Notes: generated from the letters alone by a model not told the origin. DNA of 64,000 nt from Camelus dromedarius (GCF_036321535.1 NC_087436.1:104472001-104536000); one strand, 5' to 3'. Positions 13,291 to 24,514 are shown, numbered from the stretch's first letter. Translations and numbers: made by a program.

Positions 13291-15009
13291 GCAAGATCTT
13301 AGTGGATTTGCAGTTTTCCAAAAAGGGAAGACCTTTGTTCCAAAATAAGTTGTTTAAAATAATAAAGAAAAATCCATACCACTGGTTCTCTATTTTACAG
13401 GGCAACTAATATTGCTGTTATATAACACAATCTGTACCACACTACCACACTAATAAAAGAAAAAAAACCGGGTTTCAAAAAGTAATAAACATTTCCTAGT
13501 TACATAAACATTTTATGAGAAATTATTCTTATTCATTTACAACTCTAGCATCTAATTAACAATGCACAGAACAGCTCTAAGGCGAGGTTAAAACTACTGA
13601 ATAAGAAAAAAAAGCATGGGAGGGGAATTTAAAAGGCTCAACTTAGCTTTCTAGTGTATTCCATCTCACATTCAACTGGTACAGCACTTTCACTGCAAGG
13701 CTTTGCAACTTAGCATACCTAAGAAGCAGGGGTTTCTATCTTTTCATTTTTATAAATTTAAAATAGTACAAATATTCCCCAAACTGCCATGAACTTGACC
13801 AACCTGACTGAAGAGCTGTCATGCTTATCACTCTGCACCGTCTCAACACAACAAACCTATACAAATATTTATACATATAAGTAATTACCACCAATTATAT
13901 AAACCAAGCCAGAGTGCCTCTGATGCTTGCTTTTCCCCAGTAGTAAGTTGTGTTCAGGAAATGCATTACCCTTTTCACACCATTAGGATATTATTTCATT
14001 CCCTGAGGTAGAAGCAGGCCTAATGAGGCATAAGCGATGATGTTGTGCCAGGCCTAACATCCAGAACTGTGGGCAGGGTGTCTGAGAGATGGTAGCAGTT
14101 GGGAATTCAACATTCCTACATCATTATGGCTGCCCAAGCAGAGAATAGAGCAATAAGCAGCAGACCCCAAAAAGTTGGGGGTGACTCAATGACAACATCC
14201 GTGGTCAGGCTGTAATTTACCAAATATGTCTGCTCAAAATGCCAAGGCACATATTTCAAGGGCTGCGGTCCTCTGTACTAAATACACTGCTGCCTTCCTA
14301 AAACATGACCCACAAACCACAAGCTGCAATATAAAAAGTCCATCTTGAACCCTGCCTGTGAAAAGTTACCAGGAGAAACCGATTATTATAATTAAAGTAT
14401 TTGTATAGAGTGCTTTACAATTTACAAATCACTTACATATAGTTTTATTTGACCTTCATAATTTCACATTTTACCTTACTTGATACTCACAATGTGCCTG
14501 GCAGATAAATACAACAAAATTATCATTCCCTACTTTATAGAGGTAGAACCTGAAGCTTCGAGAAATTATCTATAAATAATCTGTCCACAAAACCTGAGTC
14601 TTCCTGAAGATTATCAATTTATTGTTTGGTTCAAAGGCATGGATCCTCCCCCCCACAAAAAAAGTCTGTGGTGTCTTAATGTACATTCCTATGCATCTAA
14701 GAATTACTTAAAAATAATGGAAACTTTTGAGAAACACTGGATAGTCCACCATACAAAAAACAAAATGTGGTATTTAAACTTGTCAGTTTGTACAAACAAT
14801 ACAGTATTTTTTAATAACCCAAAAGGAACTTCTGCTTACGAGTTTTAATACAATGTTCACAGGAGCTATAAGACTGTCTATAGCAGAAAATATTAACTCC
14901 TTTGTGTACTTCAGCAATTAAATTCCCTATAGAATCAATATATTCCCTGTATACATCAAATGCTGCTTACACAAACCATGTTGTATCAAGGTTTCAAAGT
15001 ACTCTGAAT

Positions 15010-16030
15010 CCTCTGTTCAAAAAACCTTTTTACTGAGTCCCTATCATGTTCGAGACACTCTTTTAAGGATAAGAATATATAAATGATTTTTTTTAAATGC
15101 TATCTGCCGTCAGGTAACCAACAGCCTTTTTGGGTATGACAATTACAATTCAGTATGACACTTCCAAGAGAATTATACTCAGTTCTTTAAGAACCCGCAG
15201 GAGAGGCACTGAACCCAGCCTGGCGGATCTGGTTAGAGTATCCTCAGATAGAAATCTTGATTAATAACCTACTAACACCAGCACTTTTCAAGCACAAGGA
15301 TACAGTAAACTGCTGAGGCCATGCAAGGAACTCCAAGTTCTTAAATACGGATGGAGAATTGAATACAAAAGGAGAGAAAGACAAACAGTTCAACTGGGGA
15401 AAAGGTAAATGAAATAGTTATAGAGAACCCTCTATGCCATGACAGTTAACATTTTTTGAGCACTTGCTATGTGCCAGGCGTCCTAAAACGTTTTCCTGCA
15501 CTTAATCCTCACAGCAACCCACTGAGCTAAGAATAATTACCTTGCAACTGATGGAGGAGGCAAGGAGAGGTGAGATTGCTTGTCAATTACAGAGGTTTTA
15601 AATGGCAGAGACAGAATTGGAACCCAGTTCAGATTAAATCCTAAATGTGAGCTCATAAATTCTCTACTCCGCTGCCTCTCTTAATGAAGGCTGCTAGGGG
15701 GAGCCATTGAAAGGTTTTTAAACTAAGGAGTGAAGTGATCAGATTTCCTCTTTAGAAAGACTCTGTGGAAGTGGGATAAAGAGGGTGAGTCTAGAAGCAC
15801 AAAGAGGAAGCGGCCAACGTCTGTAGTAATCCAGGTGAGAAATGATGAGAGCACAAACTGTGGCAATGAGGATGAAGGAGACAGATTGAAGAGATTTTTC
15901 AGTAGGGAAAATTATCAGTTCTTAGTGATTATATAAATGTAAAGGGTTAGTGTGAGAGAGAAATACAGAAACCTGGCTTGGGGAACTACTGGGACATGAC
16001 ATCATCTACCAGGAACAGAGAAGCAGGTTT
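15010..16030 (-). mobile_element. L2 with nested MIR (~15440-15680)
   Basis: L2 motifs tactgagtccctatcatg and gtaatccaggtgagaaatgatgag flank the MIR gagcacttgctatgtgccagg..ttaatcctcacagcaaccc. Confidence 0.6.
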
Positions 16031-18739
16031 GTTTTGTTTGTTCAATAAACATCTATAGTGTCTCCCAAATGCAAAACACCTTCCTAGGTCAAGGGTTAAG
16101 TCTGAAAATATGGCCCTGGTTGTTAGAAAATATCTTTGAGTGTAAATGACAAAGCATTAAAAAAAGGTACACTGAAAATTAGTCATTACTATTAACAGAT
16201 TTGGCCTAGAATCTAATGAAAACATTTTATGCTACCATTAAAAAAAATTACCACATGCAGAAAGGAAATCAAGAGAGGAAAAGCATTCCATGATTTTATA
16301 ATGTTACTACATTTGAGTTTGACAGATCTTCAGTCTCTTATACAACACACACACCACCCTGTAATTTGACTTATCCATCCCCCTCTATTAAAAAAAAAGT
16401 ATCTATTTTATTACCCAAACTATAAAACATATTCGTTTTTTTATCCCACTATCACCATTGTGACTTGCCAAGAACTTAGTTCATAACTTCCTACTTGATT
16501 TCCTATAAAATATGACCTACTTATTTCAGTAACAATTCCTAGACTTTTAACCACACCTTTCATCCAAGGATGCTCTCTGCAAATCTTAAGGCACAACAGT
16601 CCTGTGCAGATGTGGCAAGTTACTACAATTCCCATTTTACTACAGAGTTAGGAAATTGGCCCAGGGGAAGTAGAGTAACTTGGAAATAATCACAAAGCCA
16701 AATGCCAAAAATAACAACTTTCAGTCAATCCATGAGAAAATACTGCCCCTAGTTGAAATAACATGAAATTTACTATTAGGAGGAAGCAAAATGTGAAATA
16801 ATGTTTTAAAGCCAAGTCCTAGGTTTTTAAAATTTATTTTTTAAAATGACTGAACACCACAATTAAGATTTGTAAGAACCTGCAAATACACCATTTTTTC
16901 CCTAATATTTTATCCCTCCTGAGTGCCAAAGATTATTTAATGAATTACAGCTGGCAAGAGTGGCTTTTTTCCCGCATAAAATCATTTTTATCTTAGTCAC
17001 TTAAGACACTATAGAGATCTGTCAGTATGGAACAACAGGTAACATTTAAACAAACCTATTTAAAGTCTAATACCTAGACCCATGTATTAGAATCGGTGTG
17101 AAGATACTCCAAGTGAGCCTCTTACATTTTTTCCTGAAATACACCCTCTGCAGTATGCATGGACAATAAATTTAAAGCTTTGATCATCAATACTCTGAAT
17201 GAAAGATGCCCCATTTGTTTCTAGACATGCTGCTGTTTGATATAATCTAATAAAGGTACTGTTTTATCTGATCACAAAATAAAAGCCTTACATGATTTAG
17301 AAACAAAAAGTACAACTTGAAATTTTTAAAAGCTGCTTATGTTTGCGTGACCATTCTTATCTGTACAAGTCAGAGCAAAATACCTTCCATTACAAGGTAT
17401 TAACACTTTGCTTACAGTAAGAAACAAGTGTGCTCAAGATTTTACCTTCAAAAGAATGATTCTGCACTAAGAAAAAGAGAGACAAATGATTACGAGTAAA
17501 ACTCACTCATGGAACCTAGATTGCAAATTTTCACAAAAGCCTCACATATCAATCATAAAAGGTTATTTTCCATTAATTAAAATTCAAGCTAACTCATACT
17601 AATTCTAATCACAGTCTTTGAAAAAAAAAAAAGCTTTCCACTCTGCCAACATTCCTCACACTTGTATAGCCTCTAGTAGCTGCACTTCATGTAAACTTTA
17701 GTTAATAATGAAAAGACACTCCAAATCATTTTATGAGTAACATCTAAAAGCAGTGATCAACTGGGGGGTGGGGGACGACCTCCTGAACAGCATAGTCAGC
17801 CTAGTAATTCCGGTAAATCTAATACCTCTATTCCCAGTACCAGAATATTCAGGCTATTTAAATACACTATATCACCCTCCCCCACCCCACAGCCACAAAA
17901 CTCAAGCTTTTAACAATATCATTACAATAAGCACTCTGAACAAATTAAAGCTCCTTTAACTCTAGAAGTGCCTTTACCTTACTTACGACTATTACTTAAA
18001 AGTCTTTTAATTATATTTGATTAATGCATTCCACAAAGATTCTAGAAGCAGTATTCATCAACTCAAACTGCACTCTTAAGCGCTTTCCTCATTTCAACTC
18101 CAAAGATGGGTCAGAAGGGTTGTCAAAAATTTGCACAGCAAAAGCACGTAATTGCAAACTATCTAAAAAGTAAGAAAGCGTAAAACATCAAAATTCATAA
18201 GCAGGATGCCCTCTCTTTTTCCTTACGAAGCAGGAGTTACTGGTAAAATAACTCTAGACGTAAACTCTTGAAAACGCTGAAATTCTCCATCCCAACATTC
18301 ACAAGTTTTTAAATGCCGAAAATCACTCAACTGCTACGGACATACATAATGAATATCCAATGTGAGTATCTGCAACTATTCTCACACATCATCAGATAAA
18401 AACACCTTACGCCTCTTCTAACCTTCCTACAATACCCTCAGGTAATCCAGATGCACAGCTAAGACAGCTGCCCTTGGCCTAGGCCGTCAGAAACCAAGGG
18501 GCGGGGGCCAATAACCAAGAGACCAGATCTTTTTTCCAGGGCTACTGTTTCCAAGCAAAACAACCACGGGCCCAAAGAGACCGGGAAGAAAACTGAAGAA
18601 GACATTGTAATCCAGAGAGAAAGGGGTGGTGGGGAGGTGTGCACGCAGTCCCGAGAGAAAAGGGTGCGGAGAGGAGGTGCGCGGAGGAGGAGACTAGTAT
18701 ACCCCCGCATCTTTCAAACCCACAAAAACAACAACAAAC

Positions 18740-18785
18740 CGTAGGGTCCGTCTGCACGTAGAAGCACCAGATGGAGTCCCCGGGG
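18740..18785 (-). CDS. RBPJ: Candidate RBPJ 46-nt cassette exon (-APGTPSGASTCRRTLR-)
   Basis: Acceptor CTGTCTCAG| and donor ACG|GTTTGT. In frame with the internal ATG at 19811 of the upstream exon, giving MLHRLAPGTPSGASTCRRTLR and ending in phase 2. It resembles an RBPJ isoform N-terminus I recall. Confidence 0.7.
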
Positions 18786-19562
18786 CTGAGACAGTTGAGC
18801 CGACAAACACCGTGGGTAGTGGATAAATCAACCGATGATGGGAGGGGAAGGAGGGTGCCAAGCGAATAAACCCCTGGATGGGGGAGACAAAGCCTCCGGG
18901 GGTGATCAAGGACCAAACAGAAAGGTGAGAGGGAAAGCATGATAAAAAATAATGGGAGAAAAATTAAAAGACAGAAACCTGGTCCCTGGGCTGTGGCAGG
19001 TCACTGAGTACCGAACAGAGAGGGGCACAACAAAGGGGCACCGGAGGAAAGACAGCTGAGCGGACGAGATGGAGAAGGGATGCGGGGCGCGACGGGTCGG
19101 ACAAAGCGCCCAAGGCGGGGAAACAAAGGGCCAGGGGTAGAGTCGCGGGGGGCAGCGGGGAAAGACAAAGCGCCCGGGGCCGGGGGCACCGGCCCGGCGA
19201 GACTACGACGGCCGCGAGGAACAAAGCTGCGCGGGGCCGGGCAGCAGGGCCCGCGAGCGGCGGCGCGGGAGACGCGCGGCGGGCACGACGCCCGCGGGCC
19301 CCGCGCGCCTGGCGGCACTCACGCCCGCACCCGCCGGCCTCGCCGCCCCCGCCGCCCGCCCTCACGCGCCGGAGCCCGAGCCACGGCGGCGCAGAGCGGG
19401 CAGCGCACGGCCACACGCCGCCGCCGCCGCCGCGCTCGGCGCACGCGTCGCCACCCCCGCGGCCCCCGGACACCGAGCGCGCCGCAGCCCCGGAACCCGC
19501 CGCGGGCTGCGAAACGCCCGCAACTTTCCCGGTTCCCAGCGCTCCGATTCCCCCAGACTTAC

Positions 19563-19582
19563 CCTGTCACAACAGGCGCCAT
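19563..19582 (-). CDS. RBPJ: RBPJ alternative first coding exon (MAPVVTG-), 20 nt coding, phase-2 donor
   Basis: GAAG ATG GCG CCT GTT GTG ACA GG|GTAAGT, with a strong Kozak context and consensus donor. Identical to the recalled MAPVVTGKFGERP N-terminus of the major RBPJ isoform. Confidence 0.96.
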
Positions 19583-19586
19583 CTTC
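19577..19586 (-). promoter_or_regulatory. YY1 motif (AAGATGGCG) overlapping the MAPVVTG start codon
   Basis: + strand CGCCATCTTC matches the YY1 consensus, which is often found over start codons. Confidence 0.6.
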
Positions 19587-19795
19587 CACAAACTCTCGCC
19601 AAAACTCCAACCCTCGCGAGATTCCCCCTGATGCCTTCCCTGGTCCCTCTCCCCCGCCCCTTCCCTTTTTCCTCACTCCTCGATTCCACCCAGCCCCCGC
19701 GCTCTTTCTCCCCTCGCAGCCGCCGCGAAGAGCCAGACGCCTCGCGCCGCCAGCGGAGTAGGGGATCCAGCTCACAGCCTTCCCTGGAAACCTAC

Positions 19796-19854
19796 CCAAG
19801 CGATGGAGCATGCGCAGGCTGCTCCTCCGCGGGCGAGTCCTCCGTCTGGTCCAT
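19796..19854 (-). CDS. RBPJ: RBPJ alternative first coding exon ([20 protein letters not shown]), 59 nt coding, phase-2 donor
   Basis: Minus strand reads ATG GAC CAG ACG GAG GAC TCG CCC GCG GAG GAG CAG CCT GCG CAT GCT CCA TCG CTT GG|GTAGGT. This matches the recalled human RBPJ N-terminus [20 protein letters not shown](KFGERPPP). Canonical GT donor at 19795-19794. Confidence 0.95.
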
Positions 19855-20728
19855 GGGGAGCGCTCCGGTTATCCGGGTTTTGGGACGCGCCCTGAGGGAC
19901 GTACGTGGAGACTGAGGAAAACCGGAGGGGATTACAACGGGGACGGGGAATGGAGGGGTCAGGAGGCGGGGCCGAGGGGAAGGGAGGAGGGGTCCTGGGA
20001 AAATCTGCCGCGTTTCACAGGCCTAGATGAAACACCTCCCCAAATGGGTGTTTTCCAAGTGGCTTCCCGCTCACTTTAGTTCCCAGCCCTTTTCATTCAT
20101 TCAAACGTTCATTGGACGCCTCCTTTATGGTAATGTTAGCATTAGGTGCTGGAGCTACAGAGATGCCTGGAGTTCGGACAAGTAAACCAGGAACTCTCTC
20201 AGTTCATTCGACCCCCATGCTAGCAGAGAGACAGACAAGATAACAACGTGTTTCGACTCTCCAGAGCTCTGTAAAAGGAAAACTTTTGCAACTGAGCTCT
20301 GTTGCCTTAGCTTTCTTTTCCTTGGGTGTAAAATGAGGTCAGGCCTTTGGCAAAAACACCCCTCAAGTCCACCTCGCATACACACGCCAGCGCGCCGCGT
20401 AGCTTTCTCCAGAGGTGAATACTGGGTTGTAATTGAGAGCCAACACTTCCCCACTCCGCACTGAAGCCAGAGGTCCCTCTTGGACAGAGCTGCCTGTTGT
20501 GTAAGCCTCCCTAGAACCTCATCCAGCCCCCAGACATGTGTGAACCCAGGTGTATAGGGAGACAGGCTCTGCCAAGATCCTCCCGTGGGCCTCGCACAGT
20601 CAAGGACGCTGCTCATTGCCCGAAGTGTATCTCAGGCGACCTAAGCCTGGAAGCCCCCGAGCAAACTTGGCCCGTCTGGGCATCTAATAGAAAGGTGCAG
20701 GGCCCGAACCCCGCTCCCTCCTTCCTAC

Positions 20729-20838
20729 CTGCAGCACTTCTTCCTTCCCCCCACCCTTGCCCTTTCAATTCCTAGAGATTCCCAGATCCAGCACTGCCTC
20801 CCACAGGGAGCCCCAAAACCCGGAGAGCTGGAATCCAT
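20729..20838 (-). CDS. RBPJ: Candidate third RBPJ first coding exon (MDSSSPGFGAPCGRQCWIWESLGIERARVGGRKKCCR-)
   Basis: GGCT ATG G Kozak context, 110 nt with no stop, donor CAG|GTAGGA in phase 2 like the other first exons. NRF1 and CCAAT motifs lie 55-70 bp upstream of the ATG. Confidence 0.5.
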
Positions 20839-20893
20839 AGCCCGAAACCTGCTCTAGGCGCTGCAGGACTGGCGCGGCACGCGCGAGCGGCAC

Positions 20894-20909
20894 TGCGCAT
20901 GTGCCCAAT
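20894..20909. promoter_or_regulatory. NRF1 motif plus CCAAT
   Basis: TGCGCATGTGC (20894-20904) followed directly by CCAAT (20905-20909). Confidence 0.55.
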
Positions 20910-20981
20910 GCGGGCAGTCCCGTCTCACGCTACACCTCCTTCCCACCGCCTTCCACTACTCGATTCAGACACAACACGGGC

Positions 20982-20995
20982 CGTGGGAAATTTCC
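20982..20995 (+). promoter_or_regulatory. Composite CSL/RBPJ site (CGTGGGAA) and NF-kB site (GGGAAATTTCC)
   Basis: CCGTGGGAAATTTCC read directly. Confidence 0.55.
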
Positions 20996-21480
20996 TAAAC
21001 CTCGCGAGAACGCGCCCACTGTTGCCTAGGCTTTCGCCCCAAATCTCGCGGAGCCCAGGCGGGACAGGTGTTTGTCTAGAGCAGCTCCGGGCGCTGTTCG
21101 TGCCGCGCGTGCCCGGGCGGCGGGCGGCGGGCGCGGGCGGGGTGGGAAGGGAGCGGCTCGCTGCGGAGGCGGGGCGGGGGGGCGCGTGGCAGGGCGGGCG
21201 GCTAGGAGGGGGCCAGACTTCTCGCACACACACGCCGCGTGATGCTTTGTGGAAGGAAAGCAGGGGTAGTGGGGCGGCGGCCTCTGAAAGAAGAGGAAGC
21301 CAGGGGATTAGAAACTCCTCCTGGTGCGGATGGTAAGAGGTCAGACTCTGGGGCAGGAGGAGCCCCAGGCCGTTCCCCGGGGAGGTTTCCTGTCGCCCTC
21401 CACGCGCCTGGTACTTTCCTAAAATGTGCTTGACGCCGCGCCCCCGGCCTCCGCGAGCTGACTGCCCCAACTGTCGGGTT

Positions 21481-21500
21481 TGAGTCATGCCTCTGAGTCA
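21481..21500. promoter_or_regulatory. Tandem AP-1 sites
   Basis: TGAGTCA at 21481-21487 and 21494-21500, at the island edge. Confidence 0.5.
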
Positions 21501-21828
21501 CTCAGTCTGGCCACTACTTTACTTGCTTTAAAACAAGTTTGGACTCTCTTAGCTACTCTTTTCTAGCAATTGGTTGTTTTCTTTCTGATCTACCCCCGCT
21601 GCTCCGGCGAGTTGGGTTCGGAAAAAATTCTGCTCTCTGCGCTCTCCCGCATTGTTGCATAGATTCCGCCAGCCATTCGAAGACACAAGTTTTGAAAAGA
21701 TTTCTTCCCCCTCATCTCTCTTCCTAGCCTTTTGAAGTAATCCCTGTATATCTGTTTCTGTTCTTTTTTTTTTCTTTCCTCCACTAATATGACTTAAAGT
21801 ACTAGTTCTGCTTTCCTTGACCTTTTTA

Positions 21829-21945
21829 GGGGGTAGGGGATGTATAAGTTTACTTATTTGTTTTTAGAGGAGGTACTGGGAATTTAACCCAGGACCCTGC
21901 ATATGCTAAGCATACACTCTACCACTTGAGCTATACCCTTCTCCC
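21829..21945 (-). mobile_element. Vic-1-type tRNA-Ala-derived SINE
   Basis: tRNA-like head (reverse complement of gggtatagctcaagtggtagagtgtatgcttagc). TSD tccttga(c/g)cttttta at 21814-21828 and 21946-21960. Confidence 0.9.
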
Positions 21946-22539
21946 TCCTTGAGCTTTTTATGTGTTTGTTGAAATACTCATTCCAAATTTTAGGTATTGT
22001 TTCACTAAAAAGTTGCTTTAGTGACAACTTTTTGAAGTGCTTTCTTTCTTTTTGGATTACTTACTTGTCCAGTGAATTCCTGGTTGCAGTCTTCAGTCAG
22101 GAACATTTCAGATTGCCCCAGTGTGCTTTCTGTACCAGTCTCGCCTGACATTGTCTAGAACTGGTGTCTTGATGACGTCAGAGACCCACAAATGTAGAAC
22201 TGAAGTGAGTTTTTCATTTTGGGAGGACAGTGAGTCCTTTAATAGGGGCTCTCATGTTCTGCTGGTTATGTAGTGGACAAGAAATCAAGTTTCTTAATTG
22301 CTTTCAAGGTTGTGTGTGTGCATTTGCCTATCCCTTTGATTAAATATTTTACACAGAAAAAGAGAAGGTGTAAGAACATTTAAGGCAGTATCTCAGTGCA
22401 AGGCTCAGGAGGAAGACAATCCCCATGGGCACATATTCCTTTGAGCCTTCATCCCAAGAAGGAATTTCAGTCATGGTCTAGTCCAGCCACTAATTTAATT
22501 TGGAATCCTGACCATCTGAGACCCCCAGCCATGGAAAGC

Positions 22540-23402
22540 CATGGTAACTCCAAGTCATATCACAACTCATCGTCATTCTAAAACATGCTCCCCCTGCATT
22601 TGGTCTTTCTCCATCCCAGGAAATGACAGTTCCACTCTTCTACTTATTTGAGCCAAGAACCTTAGAGTCTTTCTCGCCTCCATTCCCCCTCACATCCAAC
22701 ATCCAATCTGACAAAATCATGCTAGCTCCACCTTCAAAATAGACCCACAGTCTAAACACATCCACACCTCCATGGCAACCAGCCCAGGCTAACTCATCTC
22801 ATTTCTCACCTGGTTTCCAGGAAGTCTCCTCACTGTTTCTCTCTTCATCCATTCTTGCCTTCCCTCTCTCTATTTTCATCAGAGCATTCAGAGTAACCCT
22901 CTGGAACTCTCCAGAGGTTTCCTCCTTTTCCTCTGAGGACGTGTACAATCTGACCTGCTGCCCAAACCCCATGACTTCTGTGACCTCACCTCTTCCCCTT
23001 GCTCACTGAGCCCTAACCAGCAGCCTTCCTTGCTGTTCCTCGGACATGCCAGGCACACTCACCTCCCACCTTCGTTCTTTCCCCCCAGATGCCTTATGGC
23101 TCCTTGGCATACTGCTTTCAGGTCTTTGCTTAAATGTCATCACCATGAGGCCTTCCCTGACCACCTTTCACAAAAGTAACTCCTCATACTTCCTATTCCT
23201 TCCTCCTTTATTTTTCCCAGGGTACTTATCATAAACTAACGTACCATATGTCATGTCTGTGTATTGTGTTTACTCCGTGCCTTGCCCCATTACAATGTAA
23301 TCTTAATGAGGGCAGGGACTTTTGTCTGTTTTATTCATTGTTCATGCCTCACCTGGAATGCCTGGTGTGTGGTAGACGCTCAGTATTTGTAGGATGGATG
23401 GA
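22540..23402 (+). mobile_element. L2 3' region
   Basis: Continuous L2 motifs ending gagggcagggacttttgtctgttttattcattg..ctcagtatttgtaggatggatg. Confidence 0.75.
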
Positions 23403-23659
23403 ATGTTTTCCACTTCTAAAGCAGAGTAGAAATGATTCTGAAAACTCACTGAGCCTCTTAGGGTTTAAAGCCATGTGGAGGTTAGACCAGTAGTGAACAC
23501 TCCAGTGCCAGCTTGCCTGGGGAGGAGAAAGGAGCCTATAGAGCAAACACCTGTGTTGACTTTTTGCAAAAAGTAATCTTACTCCTGGGTTAGACCAGTA
23601 GATGAGCCTAGCTTAACTTGAAGGGGTTCCTTTAATTTCCAACTTAGAAGCTCAGCAAA

Positions 23660-24250
23660 CACCGTTGGCAGGACATAAAGACACAGATATTCTCATGTGT
23701 TGCTAGTGGGAGTGAAAATTGGTGTAATCTTTAGGGAAACCATTTTGATAAAACTTATCACTATCTTTTAATCCTACAGTTCCATTTCTAGAAATCTATC
23801 TTACAAATATCTCACTTGTGTGAAATGACCTGTGTGTTTATTGTAGCATTATTATGGTAGAGAATACTGCTAACCACCAAGATGTCAATAAAGAGATATC
23901 TTATTTTTTAAAAGAAACACACCTGATATATTCATAGAATTGAATAGTATGTATCTGTTAATAAGCAGAGGCTGCTATTTATCTACTTATGTGGAAGGAT
24001 CACAAAGTTAAAAAAACAACAAAGTGCAAAATAATGGTAGATAAATATATACTTATTTGCCTACGGGTATCTAAAATGGCTTTGAAAGGGCACACGAGAA
24101 ACTAAAACAATGACTGCTTCACTGTAAGGGACTCAACTGTTGGAGGATGTAGTTGAGGAGATCACAGTCAACTATCTGGGAGCCTTTGACTTTTGTACCA
24201 AGCACATGTATTGCCTATTCCAAATGTAAAACATTTTAAAAAGGGGGAAA
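23660..24250 (+). mobile_element. L1ME-type 3' fragment
   Basis: tgttgctagtgggagtgaaaattggtgtaatc..cagttccatttctagaaatctatc..tgtttattgtagcatt. Confidence 0.6.
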
Positions 24251-24514
24251 GAAAGAAAAGGAAAAAATGTGCAAGAAGAAAAAAATGACCAAATAAGATG
24301 TTTCCTTTCTCCCACTTGCTAGGAAATTATTTTCTAATAGAAATCATGTGCATGATCTCCCATCTCCGTAGAATTGAGAACTGCAGAACTGTCAGTCCTT
24401 CACTCTGATCATTTAGTAACACTGAACTCACAGTCCATTCAAACAACAAATTGAGAGCCCCTACCACTCCATGTCAGGCATGATCTTTGTTGGTTTACAA
24501 AGATGGATAGTGTT

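Larger units (their letters stand above)
1..18739 (-). other. RBPJ: RBPJ intron (continues beyond window start)
   Basis: Downstream of the first-exon donors. No KFGERPPP exon seen. CpG-poor, repeat-rich, and the + strand looks A/C-skewed as expected for minus-strand transcription. Confidence 0.85.
18470..21480. promoter_or_regulatory. CpG island / RBPJ promoter cluster
   Basis: Very high GC and CpG density (cores ~19060-19900 and ~20850-21460), multiple GC boxes, contains the first exons. Confidence 0.95.

Noticed and set aside
18964..19811. Long GC-rich ORFs on both strands (149-183 aa)
   Set aside because: Stop-codon scarcity in a CpG island; low-complexity Arg/Gly/Pro/Ala products. They run across real splice donors.
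20155..21501. ORFs of 99-187 aa in the upstream island
   Set aside because: Same GC artefact; no recognisable domain.
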